A stretch of DNA of 64,000 bases from the human T2T-CHM13v2.0 reference genome, Homo sapiens. The translations under genes were made by a program, and so were the position numbers. The notes beneath the pieces are model-generated. The model saw only the letters and a program-made list of their open reading frames with translations. It searched no databases and was not told where the DNA came from. Position 1 is the stretch's first letter; every line of letters starts with the position of its first letter. The stretch lies in NCBI RefSeq assembly GCF_009914755.1, contig NC_060948.1. The stretch is one strand, 5' to 3'. This document shows positions 16,438 through 31,884 of the stretch, in pieces.

Positions 16438-16678
16438 ATTGATAATGTCCACAGAGCGCTGGAGTAAAGACATAGGCTGTGGGTAGCGGCTCCCCCAGGC
16501 CTTCCCTAGGGTGGAGAGGTCACTATGGCAGCATCCTTTTTTCTCACCAACAACACGCCGATGTACCAAGGTGCACTGGCTGGAAAGCTCTGCTATGGCA
16601 GTAACTAAACTCTGTTAGATAGAACTCTCAAGGAAGGCCTTTCTGAGGAGGTGTCACTTGAGCTGAGACCCAGATGAT

Positions 16679-17084
16679 TGTTACAGGATTAACAAGATCA
16701 TATGTCCGCTGCATAGTATCAGACCAGTTACATTGAGACAGAAGCGTCTGCAGCAGAGAAAGAGTTTAACGCTCACTGGGCAGCCAAGAAAGGAGATGAG
16801 AGGAGGCCAGGTGCAGTGGCTCATGCTTGTAATCCCAGCACTCTGGGAGGCTGAGGTGGGCAGACCACAAGGTCAGGAGTTCAAGACCAGCCTGGCCAAC
16901 AGGGTGAAACCCTGTCTCTACTAAAGATACAAAAAATTAGCCAGGTGTGGTGGTGCATGCCTGTAATCCCAGCTACTCAGGAGGCTGAGGCAGGAGAATG
17001 GCTTGAACTTGGGAGGTGGAGTTTACAGCAAGCCGAGATTGTGCCATTGCACTCCAGCCTGGGCAACAGGGCGAGACTCTGCTG

Positions 17085-17128
<44 letters not shown>

Positions 17129-17660
17129 AGAGAGGGAGGGAGAGAGGGAGAGAGGGAGAGAGGGCGGGGAGGGGAGGAAGGAGGTGGGAGGAAACCCTCA
17201 AACCCATCTCCCTAAGGAGTTCTGGGCTGGGGTTTTTAAGGGAATTATAGAAAGCAGGGGCCTGGAAATTTGGGGTTATTGATTGGTTGGGGTAAGGCAG
17301 ATGAAATCATCAGGATGTGGAAACTGCATCCTTTGGTGAGTCCACTTCTCATGGGGTCCTTCAGACCAGTTGCCACTAGTGGCGCTGGTATGCAAGACCT
17401 GAAGGAATATGTCAAAGGGAAACCCTAATATTTTGTAATGTTCAAAATGTTACCTATAGAGCAGTTAAGGGGAGCTACAATCTAGGGTCTATGTGATTCT
17501 AGGACAATAGGCACCAAACTGCTCTGAGGAAGCAGTTCAGAGAGCAGGCTGGCCTCATGATGAATGCTGAGTGTGCTGCAAGCTGGGTTTATTTTCATTC
17601 CCTCTGCCTCCTGCCTGTTTCTTCCTGATTAATTCTATAAAGCATATAGGGATGGTGCCA
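16679..17660 (-). mobile_element. ERV1 solo LTR (LTR8/LTR26-like), interrupted by an Alu
   Basis: 'gagaaagagtttaa', 'ctcaaacccatctccctaaggagttctggg..ggtttttaagg'. Confidence 0.6.
16805..17176 (+). mobile_element. AluSg-like with (GA)n/(GGGA)n tail
   Basis: Dimer; TSD aaggag(a/g)tg(a/g)gagga. Confidence 0.9.
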
Positions 17661-17922
17661 CAATGAGAAGACACCTGTGATCTGTGGGTCTGGGGTAGGA
17701 GCATCCCAGGCAAAGGAAAGAGCACATGAAAATGCCTGAGGCAGGAAAGCACTTGGCATGTTTGGGGAAAGCAAGAGGCAGAATGGAAGGTGAGGAAAGG
17801 GAGAGAGTGCCAGCTATGGGACCCATAAGCCTTGCAAGGATGTGGGCTTGATCAGAATTGCAACAGGGAGCCATGGGAAGGTTTTCTTCAGGAGACTGAC
17901 ATGATCTGATTTACATTTTTGA

Positions 17923-18225
17923 TTTTTTTTTTTTTTTGAGATGGAGTCTCGCTCTGTCGCCCAGGCCGGACTGCAGAATGCAGTGGCCCGATCTCGGCTC
18001 ACTGCAAGCTCCACCTCCCAGGTTCAAGCAGTTCTCTTCCTCAGCCTCCTGAGTAGCTGGGGTAACAGGTGCCCGCCACCACACCCAGCTAATTTTTTTG
18101 TATTTTTAATAGAGACAGGGTTTCACCAAGTTGTCCAGGCTGGTCTTGAACTCCTGACCTCGTGATCCACCTGCCTCGGCCTCCCAAAGTGCTGGGATGA
18201 CAGACGTGAACCCCCACACCCAGCC
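17923..18225 (-). mobile_element. AluS/Y inserted in an L2 relic
   Basis: TSD gatctgattta at 17903 and 18226. Confidence 0.9.
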
Positions 18226-18937
18226 GATCTGATTTAAGTTTTAAAGGGTCACTCTTGCTGCCGTGTGGAGATGATTCTGAAGGAAGAAATGGAAGCTGGG
18301 AGGCCAGTTAGTGAAACAGAATACTCCAGGCAGATTACCTGGCTTTGCATCGTACCTTGGCTACAAAACTTACCTAAGGAACTGGGTCTATGTTTTACAA
18401 TCTGCAGAATGGAGACAACGATTGATTTTCATGTCCAAGAGACATTGTTAGAATCAAATGAAATGACACAAGTGAGAGGACTTTGAGAAATACAAAACAT
18501 TTTATGCATCTAAGGATTAAACCACCCATTTCTAATCTCATCTCCCTAAACTGCCCTAAAACACCACATCTGACACTACTTCTTGCTCTATGCCCTTTCA
18601 GCTCCCTACTCATTAATTCGTTTGGAGGTGCTATGATGTACTATAACAGAAAACATAGGTTATGGTATATAGTATGGTGCTATAAATACATAACCACAAA
18701 ACATAGTCCCAATTTGCATTGCTTGAAATACATGTTTCTATGAAGAAGACTAGTATTTGGTGATCTGTTCTCCAAAAAGAAACTGTTTGGATGACCCAAA
18801 ACACCATTCTGGAAAACACACACACCCACACAAATACACACACACACACACACTCATTTCATACACACATTGATACATGCAGAACTTTCTTAGAGGCCAG
18901 AAAACATTTCAATTAAGAATTAAGATGATTGGTCTCT

Positions 18938-19023
18938 TAACCAAAATCCACCTGTGTAAAGAAACAATGTAGCCAAATCCACCTGTGTAACCAAAATCTA
19001 CCTGTGTAAAGAAACAAAGTAGC
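18938..19023. repeat. Short complex tandem duplication
   Basis: 36-bp unit at 18938 and 18988 (2 mismatches), separated by a 14-nt partial copy. Confidence 0.9.
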
Positions 19024-19687
19024 AGTCAGAAAGAAGTTCATGAGGACTTGTCCTGGTTCCTCCACTAAACCAAGCTCAAGGTTCACTCACCTGCAAATTT
19101 ATTCATTCAGCCAACATCAAGTCAGTGCCCATTTTGTTCAGTTTTCTCATTTAACTTCCATAGCACCCTGTGAGTAATTATCATTTCCCCTATTTGACAT
19201 GTGAAAAAACTAAGGCTTTGAGGAGCAAATGACTTACAAAAGTATTACTAGTTAGTGGTAGCATAGAGCATACCCAAAGCGCAATCCCAGTGTGCAATTC
19301 GTGGGGCTCAGAGACCACTCCAAAAGGAAGGCCTGTGAAGCTGCCTCAGAAGCAAATGTTTTTCTCTGACCTTCTCCTCCCTTCGTGTTTCTGGCCCCTA
19401 CAGCTTCCCCGCAGTTAGCCATCGAAACTAGAATCCCTCTTCCCCAAGGCAGGTCACAGAAACCAGAACCCCTTTTCTCCAAAGCCAGCCATAAAACCTA
19501 AAAATACTACTATAACTTTCCCTCTGCCATTCTATGTTAAAAAACTGGACATGAAGAAATTAATCTGACCTACCTTATTTGACTTATTCTACAGTCATTT
19601 GACTTATTTGCTGAAAGGGTCCTGCCCCACGCCCCAGAAGGAAGGACTGCACAGAGGCCAAGAAGGAAAGAATGTATGCTCAGAGAG

Positions 19688-19859
19688 GCCCACCCTCTCT
19701 CCTTCTATTCCAGCATAGAACAGAGTCACACCTAATGCACCCACAGAACAGCGCCTTGTGTTTAATGCGTTGCTTTCAGTCCATTTCACCAGCATGTAAG
19801 AGCCCATGTGGATGATACATGCTTTCCCCTTTAGTTTCAACTCAAAGACATCATTTCTC
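19688..19859 (+). repeat. Local duplicate of 22328-22498
   Basis: Hand alignment: ~88% identity over ~171 bp, offset 2640. Confidence 0.9.
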
Positions 19860-19997
19860 AAAATATATCTACACAGACAGGCTTTGCTAGGTTCCCCACT
19901 CACTCTGTTAGCATTAGATCATTCCCTCTTTATCCAATCATATTTCTACATGACTGTTCATACTATGTTGAAACTAAGCATAAAAATGGACACTATC

Positions 19998-20303
<306 letters not shown>

Positions 20304-21532
20304 GGACACTATTCTCCGTTTTGTGGTCTTCATTCTGAAGGCTCCAATGTATACATATTACATAAATGTGTATGCCTTTTCTCCTTTGAATCTGCCTTTT
20401 GTAAGTTGATTTTTCACCAAACTTTGAGACCTTTTAGAGCACCTTGGCCCCTCCTCATCCCTCTCTAGACTGTGAGACCATTCACTGCAACTTCTAACTG
20501 CTGCTGGTGAGGGAGGAAGGCAGTGGGAAGGCACGCAAAACTGCATTTCAAATCAAAGGACAAATTCAGACCAGATGAAAACTAAGATAAAAGAGCCAGT
20601 CTTTGAAAAACATTGTTGTCTATTTCTCCTCTAATGTGCAGAGAGGTAACTGTTAAGAATCTGAAAAAGAATCAAACACACTTGCTCAGCAATAAAGAAA
20701 ACGTAATTTACTTTATATTTCCTGCACTCTCATTCCAAGTGAGGGGACATGGGAACAGCTTAGCAGAACAATCCTGTACAATTTAGTTGGAAATGGTGGG
20801 TGGATATTAACACAACCCTCTCAGGACGGAGAAGAAGCTGTCAGCCCAACCTCCACCTCCGCCTCCTGGAGTCTGGCCAGGCTCATGCTGCCCTATCCAG
20901 ATATCTAGAGTGAGCAGCCCACAGGCACAGAGCCAAATCCAGAAGTAGGTAAAGTTCAACTTGATCACAGGAAAAGACTGGAAATTCACTCAAAGGGAGG
21001 CCTCGGTGATTTATTACGGCCTAAAACGTGAGGCCTCAGCAAACCATCTTTCTCAGTGGTCTTTGTGCTCTCTCAGGACTCAGAGCCTTTAGGAAAATGT
21101 CCTGCTGGACCCATGTAAGAAAGAAGGACTGAACAGCATTGCTAAGCCTTCAGAAAAACCCTGGGAACATGCCTCCTATCAAGCAGCTTTGGAAGATGTC
21201 TTTGACCTAGCCATCTAGTAGCCCACAAGGCAGTAACCTATAAGCCAGTTCTGCCAGAGATGACTGTTCAGGGTGACAATTCCAGGATTATACAACCCTC
21301 ACAGCCTTTCCTAACATCTGCCTAACTCTGCCTATACAGGGCCCTTCTTCTGTTCTTCCAGAAAACAGAGAATAATTTTCCTTTCCTCCCCTCCCCGCCC
21401 TCCTCTCTCCTTTCTCTCTCTCTCCTTTTCCCTCTCTCTTCTCACACAAACACACACACACACAACCATCAGTGTTGCAAGCCCTTCAATCTGTCCTTCT
21501 CCAAATCCAGGACACCTAATTAAACTCCTCCA

Positions 21533-21830
21533 GGCTGGGCGTGGTGACGCACGCCTGTAATCACAGCACTTTGGGAGGCCAAGGTGGGTGGATCACGAGG
21601 TCAGGAGATCGAGACCATCCTGGCTAACTTGGTGAAACCCTGTCTCTACTAAAACAAAATACAAAAAATTAGCTGGGCGTGGTGGCAGGTGCCTGTAGTC
21701 CCAGCTACTCGGGAAGCTGAGGCAGGAGAATGTCATGAACCCGGGAGGCAGAGCTTGCAGTGAGCCAAGATCGCACCACTGCACTCCAGCCTGTGAGACA
21801 GCGTGACTCCGTCTCAAAAAAAAATATATA
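21533..21830 (+). mobile_element. AluY
   Basis: AluY diagnostics; TSD-like tcctcca. Confidence 0.95.
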
Positions 21831-22327
21831 TATAAATATTCCTCCAAAGAAGAAGAGAAAAACAGTAAACCATCTCCATTAACTTTCTTCACTCCTAGAT
21901 TGCACATACAAATATCTTGTAAACCCTCATGCTCTCAAAGACAGCATTCATTACTCTGGGCCTGCCAGGAGAATGATCTCAGCTCTTTAGAAGGCTAGGG
22001 CAAGGCTGTCTTCCGAAGTTCACCATGCTAACTTCTTGTCTCTGACACGCCCTTCATCGCTAGTACTTAAAGAGGCACTGAAAAGCGAAAATAACTCTGA
22101 AGACCTGAGAGGCTGATAACTTGGCTACTTTGCAGCAATGTGCTGGCCTGGGGATTCACAATCTCTGTTTCTTTCCTAGGTCATTTAAAGGGATACATCT
22201 CTCGATGAGAAAATGTACCGCTCATGATGTCACCTGAGACAATCATGGGAGGGCAGTGAGTCCTGAGTATTTGTATCACTCATGTGGGAAAAATTTCTGG
22301 ATAATGGATAGCATGCCTGGCACTCCT

Positions 22328-22498
22328 GCCCACCCTCTCTCAGTCTATTCCAGCATCGAACAGAGTCACACCTAATGCGCCTACGGAACAGCTCTTGTGT
22401 TTTATGCGTGGCTTTCAGTCCATTTCACCGGGATGTAAAAGCCCATTTGGATGACACATGCTTTCCCCTCTACTCTCCGTTCAAAGACATCATTTCTC
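22328..22498 (+). repeat. Probable donor copy of the MER39 insert
   Basis: Matches 19688-19859; retains CpGs. Confidence 0.85.
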
Positions 22499-23622
22499 TA
22501 AAGTTTCAATCAGGACAATATGCCCCTAGCTACTTGGACACTGTTCCTCAGGCCCTTCTACTTACCCACACATCCCACCCTGCTTAGCTGACCCTTTGAT
22601 TCATTTAGCCAGTCATTCCAAGAAGCATTTTGTGGGCATTTCCCATGTGGTAAACGCTGGGCATACCCCGGGCCATGAAAATGAATTATCTCTGCCCACC
22701 AGAATCCCAGAGCCTAGCTGGGGAGACAAGTACAAAACTATCATAATGACACGACACCTGTGAAAAAAGAAGTTCTCTTGAGATGCTACAGCAACACAGA
22801 TACGGATAAATTACCAACCTGAGTGAGCCAGGAAAGGCCTCTCAGAGAGGATGATAAGAGAAATGGTATTTACTGTGGGACTGAGAAAAGCATAGATGCT
22901 TACCAGGTGGAAACAGAGAGGGCGTAAGGAACCAACACCGATCAACAATAATGGGATCAGACACTGGGCACTCACCTTGTAGTTCCAGCATCAGACGAAG
23001 CCTCACTCCAAGTCCTTAAGACACTTGGCTTAGTCTCTGTACATTGAGAATCACATACCTGCCCTTTCAGGGAACGTCTCGTTTAATTAAGCAGGAAACC
23101 AGTACTCAGTGTAGAGGAGTGGCTTGCTCATCGTCATCCCATGAGCGGTGCCTCTTGTTTTTTGTTCTCCCTGACTCCACTTCCAAATAAAATAAACCCT
23201 TTCTTAAAACATTCTGATTCTTCGTGTTAAAGCTTCCCTTGCCGAAAGAAAAGCATCCAAATGCCAAACACTTGTAGGAAGCAATATAGAGGCATCATCT
23301 CAGCCAGCAATGTGTGTAAGCCATTACTAAATCTCACAGCAGCAATCACACTGGTACAGGCAGAAATAAGTAAAACTTAAATGTAATAAATATGACTCTT
23401 TCTTTTTAGAATCACTAGTACATGTTCAGTAGTAGCCAACTAATATCATTTAGGAAAACGATATTAGTTCTGTCATTTAGGAAAATGACAGTTGAACGTC
23501 GTTATTCAATAATTCAATAGATAGAATACCCATGGCTGGAGAGTCAAGATCTAGAACAGTCTCAACATTGACTGCACGTGAAAACCACCAGGGAAGCTCT
23601 TTCTGTAAGAATCAATGCTGCA

Positions 23623-23905
23623 GGCCAGGCGCAGTGGCTCATGCCTGTAACCCCAGCACTTTGGGAGGCCGAGGTGGATGGATCACCTGAGGTCAGGAGT
23701 TTGAGACCAGCCTGGCCAACATGGTGAAACCCCATCTCTACTAAAAATACGAAAAAAAAAAAAATTAGCCAGGCATGGTGGCGGGTGCCTGTAGTCCCAG
23801 CTGCTCGGGAGGCTGAGGCAGGAGATGGCATGAACCCAGGAGGCAGAGCTTGCAGTTAGCCAAGATCGTACAACTGCACTCCATTCCATCTCAAAAAAAA
23901 AAAAA
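23623..23905 (+). mobile_element. AluSx-like
   Basis: Perfect TSD aagaatcaatgctgca at 23607 and 23906. Confidence 0.95.
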
Positions 23906-24542
23906 AAGAATCAATGCTGCAAAGCAATGAAAACCTGCATCTGGAGGTGGGTCCTGGTAGAGCTGGCCCTCAGGCAAGGGGAGAGCCATGGGTCTTAGAG
24001 GACCTGGCCCAGGAAGAAGATGACCAGCAAGGCCCTGGTCATGGGATGACAATGAGCAAACCACTCCTCTGCTAAGTACTGGTTTCCTGATCTGTAAAAT
24101 GAGGAGAAATTTGGTTGTTTAAAAGTTTATTGTCTGAGTCAAGGGAGGGAGTTTGGACAGAAATGCTTTATAACTATCAAGAATCCTTTAGAGAAAAGGG
24201 AATGGTGTCAATCAATAGCAACCCTTCTAATTGATGTACTGGGTTATGGGGACACGAAGTGTCGTGTTGGTATTTCTAGTACTTGTTTATCTCAAATGCC
24301 TTGGAGGGAAATGGTACATTCATAAAAATGGGCAACGTGGAGGAGCATGTTTCTGGAGCTGAGTTACCAACCTTGATTTTCATGTGTTAATTTTGAGGTG
24401 CAGGTAGAGAGGTCCACAAGAGAGGCAGTTGAACAGGTAGAATATAGCTTGAGAGAAATTAGGACTAAAAATACAGATTGGGTAAATATTTGTGTATAAT
24501 TTGGGTGAGATTGATTCCTGCAACCCATAAATCTGCTGCCTG

Positions 24543-24852
<310 letters not shown>

Positions 24853-25178
24853 CTAAATGTCTTCTGAGCCTTCCAGACTTTCCTTTAATAGTTCAGTAAA
24901 ATGGCTCCAATTTCCATGTGCAGTTCATTTGAGATCAACTGTCCTGGACCTTGACTCTCCAGCCATGGGTGGAGTATTCTATCTATTGAATTCTTGAATA
25001 ATGATATTTAACTAATATTATATTCTACGGGAAACCCAGTGCTCCCACTAAGATTTCTGTAGATTCCCAGAAAATTAGGGGTGTGGAGTGCAGCTTATGT
25101 TTATTACAACTTTTCCTTCCATTGAATCTCCTATGTCCTTTCTAATTGGTTCGTACTGACTCCCCAAAGCCCCACTAA

Positions 25179-25497
<319 letters not shown>

Positions 25498-26255
25498 TTG
25501 TCCCACACTTTTATTAGGTTTGGCAGTAATGGCAGAAGATAAAACCAAGACCAGGAACAACTTCACCTTGACAGTTGGACATCCCATCCATCCCAACCTT
25601 GGAAAATTTCTCATTGAGTGGATTTCTCTGCAGTCCTCATCTGCTTCCGTGTTTGTAGCCCCCTTTCCCTACCCTGCCCACACACTCTTCTCGGAGCTCT
25701 CTAATTCTCTGCATGTTTCTGCTTTTGCTTTCAGTCCTACTTCCTGAATTGCCCGTGGAATCTCAAAATTCTTCTCCCTGTATCACACAGACGAAGTCAG
25801 CTCTATCTTGTACTTAATGTCACCCAAATAGGTTGTGTCAAGGAGGCGTTTCACTTTTCTGTCCATAAAGGTCCCCTCAAGCTGCATCAAGTCATATTCT
25901 TAAACAATAGAAATATCTACCCATAAAACAAGGGTTTGCAACTTCTGCAGATGACAAAAGCAGCCATATCTATCTCAGAAAAGACATATTTTCTTCCCAC
26001 TACATAAAGAGAAGGCTGCAGTATTAACAAGTACAATAGCAATCAGTTTTTAAGCATAATCCATGTGATGAGGGAAGAAAGAATTCTGATATGTCTTATA
26101 GGCATTCTACTGTTTGACTCTCACAACAAATCCATTTTACAGACAAGGAAACTACAGTTCAGAGAGATTAGGCAATTTACCCCAGGTGACACGACTGCTT
26201 GACAGAGACTCAAAGCCTACCATGTCACTCTTCAATGGCTACAGCCTCACCACTG

Positions 26256-27036
26256 CAGTGTGTGCTGACAAATGTTTAACAACTGGCTCTACGAAGACTT
26301 GCTTTGTACAGTTTCAATTCCCACAGTGAAAGTACGCCTACCAAGACCAATTTCAAGTTACCAATGTGACATCACTAAATACAGAGCTGGGAAGGAATGG
26401 ACAGCAGCACATCTTTATAGAGTAATTCTACCATACAGATACAATACAATAGACAAAAAACCCAAGAGCATAGATGACAATAGAATGTAGTCCAATCCTT
26501 GGAAAGTGATGAGTTTGGCCTGGCAGGCCTGGCACAGTGGCTCATGCCTATAATCCCAGGACTTTGGGAGGCTGAGGTGGAAGGATCACCTGAGGTCCGG
26601 AGTTCAAGATCAGCCTGGCCAACATGGCGAAACCCCGTCTCCACTAAAAATACAAAAATTAGCCAGGTGTGGTGGCAGGCGCCTGTAATCCTAGCTGCTC
26701 AGGAGGCTGAGGCAGGGAGAATTGCTTGAATCCAGGAAGCGGAGACTGCAGTGAGCTGAGATCATGCAACTGCACTCCAGCCTGGGCAGGGGAGCGAGAC
26801 TCCGTCTCAAAAATAAAAATAAATAACAATTTTAAAAAGTGATGTTTTACATATTTATTACCTGTTTTAATATGTTAAATAACATAAACATATATAAATA
26901 ATATATAAAGACTAAGTTTAAACAATTTTACCTTTTTATAACAGCTAGGTTTCATAATCAGCTTGCAAAATTCCTAAAAATTTAACAATTGTTTCTAGCG
27001 AGCCAATATAAGCCATCTCTAGCACGCACACAACTG
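26256..27036 (-). mobile_element. hAT-Blackjack DNA transposon (MER63-like), split by an Alu
   Basis: 'cagtgtgtgctgacaaatgtttaacaactggctct' and 'gcttgcaaaattcctaaaaatttaacaat..gcgagcc..agcac'. Confidence 0.65.
26526..26825 (+). mobile_element. AluSx-like
   Basis: Full dimer. Confidence 0.95.
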
Positions 27037-27044
27037 CTCCTTGA

Positions 27045-27601
<557 letters not shown>

Positions 27602-27730
27602 TGATCATCTTAAAGTTATAAACAAAACAGGAGCCTAACGATGTCTTATAAAGAAAAAAAACATGAAATCATAATGAATATCAGTACTCTGGGTTTAGGA
27701 AATAAATGCTGGCTTGGTTTGGGGAGCTAG

Positions 27731-27995
27731 GTATATATATATATATATATTTTTTACTTTATTTTAGGTTTGGGAGTATATGTGAAGGTTTGTTACATAG
27801 GTAAACACGTGTCATGTGCGGTTGTTGGAGAGATTATTTCATCAGCCAGGTATTAAGCGCAGTACTCAATAGTGATCTTTTTTGCTCCTCTCCTTCCTCC
27901 CACCCTCCATCCTCAAGTGGGATGTTGTTTCCTTCTTTGTGTTTGTATATTCTTATCATTTAGCCTCCACTTATATGTGAGAACAGGCAATATTT
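27731..27995 (-). mobile_element. 5'-truncated L1PA(13-16)-like 3' end
   Basis: 'gtttgttacataggtaaacacgtgtcatg..ccacttatatgtgagaaca'; TSD-like gagctag(g/a)tat. Confidence 0.75.
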
Positions 27996-28221
27996 GAGAG
28001 CTAGATATCTTAATCCACTCCAAATACCTTTTTATTATTAATTTTTAAATTTTTTCCTATTGGAACAATCCTATGAGGATTTCACACAGACTAAAGATCA
28101 TTTTCCAAGACTTTTGGCATCACTGCCATCTGGTGTAGGGGGTGGAAACAAAGCACCCCATATACCATTCCTGCTGGCAGAGATTGGGGAACAGAGACCA
28201 AGAGAGACTGGTACTATCTAG

Positions 28222-28546
<325 letters not shown>

Positions 28547-29845
28547 ATTTATTGACTTTTTAATTTGGGGACAAGGAAATTGACTTTTTTCAGCCTCAGT
28601 TAACGTGCCCCCCAAAATACTGATCATGACGACTGGCCTATCTGGCTACTTAATCCGCATGATAGTGATGACAATGGTAACCAAAGCCAAAGTACCTGGA
28701 ATCCAACTCACTTTGAGAAATACTGACTGAGCACATAACTTTTGGTCAGGCACTGGGGCTAAAATCATAAGCAACAGAGACACGATCTCTGCCCATAAGG
28801 AATGTTCAGTGGATTGGTAAAGCAAAGGGTGTTCAGAGAAGCACAAGTCTATGTACGACCTATGCATTTCCTTTGTGATTTGCTGTTCAAGAATATTCTT
28901 TGGCAAAACCAAAAATTAAAAAATAACCCATGGACCTCCAGAACTCACAGGATTTTCTGCACAGCCTCCTAAAATCCGTTCACTGTGATGCCACCATCAG
29001 ACTGGATGAGCTGTGTTTATATAATTAAAAGAAAGGGACACAGTTACACTGAGATAATGATTTTCATAATAAAAAAGACCCGTCATTAGTACCGGCTTCA
29101 AAGCCAAGACAACTTGTCCTTCTTGACAATTTTTTTTATTTTAAGAAACTAAATAGATGGTTTCATCACAAATAGACAGCATATAGGAGATAATTATATG
29201 GTGAAATGAAGCCAAGATAAATGCCTAAAAGTTTTTTTCATCCTTCCTTATATGGCTGTTGTTGGCAACAAGGTTAGTTTTAAGTTGGACCCAGGGTATT
29301 TCACCTTGAATGTCTGTCTTTCATTTGCATAACAATAAGTTCTGGCTATTGTACACTCTGTCCAAAAATCTAAAACTCTGTTATTACTGGCTTAATGGCC
29401 TGGGTAACCTAATTTAAAATAGGAAAATGAACTTCAGGTTTTCTCTCTTCAGTTGACTGTGAAGTAGGTATTAGCATATCATGGTCTTCTTGCTACCCTT
29501 CACCACTTACTGTGTCTCCAAGTGAGTTTGCCACATCATGAGTTTGATTCAAAGATACTTGGTTAGAATGGCTTAGAAGGACACAAGAGAACACAGTAAA
29601 CTGTAGATGGGGAGGTTGTGGGCTTTCGGAGGCACAGAAATTTACATTTCAATCTAGGTTCTACATTTCACTGATGACTCAATGTGACCTTGAGCATGAA
29701 GGCAGATATATCTGATCTTTAGTTGCCTCATCTGTAAAATGGGACTAGTGACTGCAGTAGACAGCTTCTGTGGGGGCTGCCGTCTCTGCAAACAGAGAGG
29801 TATGGGTCCCAAGGGGTCATGACTGTACCAAGTAATCTTCCCACC

Positions 29846-30231
29846 TGTATTGTGTATTAGTCTGTTTTCACACTGCTGTAAAGAACTGCCCGAGACTGGG
29901 TAATTTATAAAGGAAAGGGGTTTAATAGACTCACAATTCAGCATGGCCGGGGAGGCCTCAGGAAACTTACAATCATGGTAGAAGGTGAAGGGGAAGCAAG
30001 GTAGCTTCTTCACAGGGTGGCAGGAAGGAGAATGAACGCAGGAAGAACTACCAAACGCTTATAAAACCATCAGATCTCAAGAGAATTCACTCACTATCAT
30101 GAGAACAGCATGGGGCAAACTGCCCCCCAAGATCCAGTTACCTCCACCTGGTCTCTCCCTTGATGCATGGGGATTATGGGGATTATAATTCAAGATAGAT
30201 TTGAGTAGGAACACAAAGCCCAAGCATATCA
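29846..30231 (-). mobile_element. THE1 (THE1C/D) MaLR solo LTR
   Basis: 'tgtattagtctgttttcacactgct..gagactgggtaatttataaagg..catatca'; 5-bp TSD ccacc. Confidence 0.9.
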
Positions 30232-30357
30232 CCACCCATATGCTACAACCTGACTCAGCCTGAGGTGACACCTGGCCCAATATAAAACAACTCATTTCTC
30301 TTTCCTGGAAATTGGATGTTCGTACTGAAAGGCAGAAACCTGAGAGTCTTTAGTGCA

Positions 30358-30393
<36 letters not shown>
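30358..30393. repeat. (AAT)n microsatellite
   Basis: Direct reading. Confidence 0.95.
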
Positions 30394-30394
<1 letters not shown>

Positions 30395-31884
30395 CAAACA
30401 CAGATAGGGTTTACTGTGTACCAAACACTGTTCTAAGCACTCTTTTCTATTAACTTGTTTACATCCTCAAAATACATCTAGGTACTATGTACTAGTAATA
30501 TCACCTTTGCTTACAGATGAGGAAACTGGGACCAGAAAGTTGGAATTGAAGTCACATTCATAGTAACCTTTTGGGGAGAAGATAAACAAAGTCCTGCCGC
30601 TCAGGTCCCTGGGGTTGCCCAGGCTCTGACCCTTCTTGAATCTTGTGGTCCAGCTGTTAGGATTCTATGGGGGACCTCAATGCTCCCTGATAAAACGCCT
30701 CTGGCTAAAGTTGTCCAGAGTCAAGTTGTTTGCAAACATATAAGATTGTGTGCAAACAAAAATAATAAAATATTTATGAATGTAATACTAACCATTATGG
30801 TTTTTAGAAACAGCTGAGGTAAAGCGGCTAACAAGGGGCCTAGCATAGGTACAGGAGAGATTCTAGAAAAATATTAGCACTGAACCATCACAACTATCCA
30901 AGATCCTCCAGTCCCCATAGAGTAGACCCTCGGGATATAGCTATAATACCACTAACAATAATCATTGTTGAAAGATTCTTCTGTGCTTGGCACTGCGCTA
31001 TGGGCTTTGCTTGCATTATCTCATTTGAATCCTACAAAGCCTCTGTAAGGTAAGTACTTTCCTTCTCTCTATTTTATGTGTGGAAAAACACAAGTCTGGT
31101 TCCTTCATCACTCCCCTTCCTCACCCCTGAGTGGAAGCAGGGTCTAACTTAGTATGATAGCGAGAGATTCTGTGAATGTTGATGTCTGTGAGGATCTGAC
31201 CAACATCAGCAAGAAAAGTTGGCTTATCTTGCAGATGCTCTGATTTACAGAATGGAAAAGACCTAAGGCCTCTCTGACCTACAGTATCTGAATCTAGAAA
31301 TGCTGGTCATGAAGTTGGGAGGCACCCGCTAGAGGGAGCTGGGACTCTGAGGTGCAAAGAGTGGACCGAGGAAGAGAAAAGATCAGAGGACGAAGGCAGA
31401 GAGAGAAGGGGCTCCCCAGTACTGCTGAAGTCCAGCCTGGAGACTTGATCGGGAAAGAAGGGGAATCCCGTGGATGCTGAGGCACCCATCGTCTGTCAAA
31501 GCCAAGATGGTTTCCTAATCAGTCATGAACATGACCTGTGAGACACTATGGGCAGTGTTAGGGGTTTCCATCCAAATGAGGACAGTTTAGCTGAGGGACA
31601 TTAAATGATCGCTCACAGTCACACAGCCAGAGTTGGTAGAGGCAGAATTGGAACCCAAACTGTCTGATTCTGGAGTCCGTGTTCCTCACCCACTATTCTA
31701 CACTGTACCCTCTTTGGCTAGATAGAACTACAGGTTGTTTTGGGTTTCACACTTTGGAGCTTTATTTGACCTGCATTTGTTCACATCAATCCCCAAAACC
31801 TTTCTGAAATCCCCTCAAAGCCATGCTCAAATGCCACCTTTTCCAGACTCTCCAGCCTCAGCACCACTCTCTCTTCCTGACACC

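Noticed and set aside
17371-17386. CTCF-like palindrome gccactagtggcgc
   Set aside because: One base short of the core motif spacing and inside an LTR.
31041-31056. Perfect donor AAG|GTAAGT
   Set aside because: It lies in a MIR-like relic with no convincing upstream acceptor.
31294-31500. Purine-rich, exon-looking stretch
   Set aside because: The open frame is short, matches nothing I know, and lacks clear splice boundaries.
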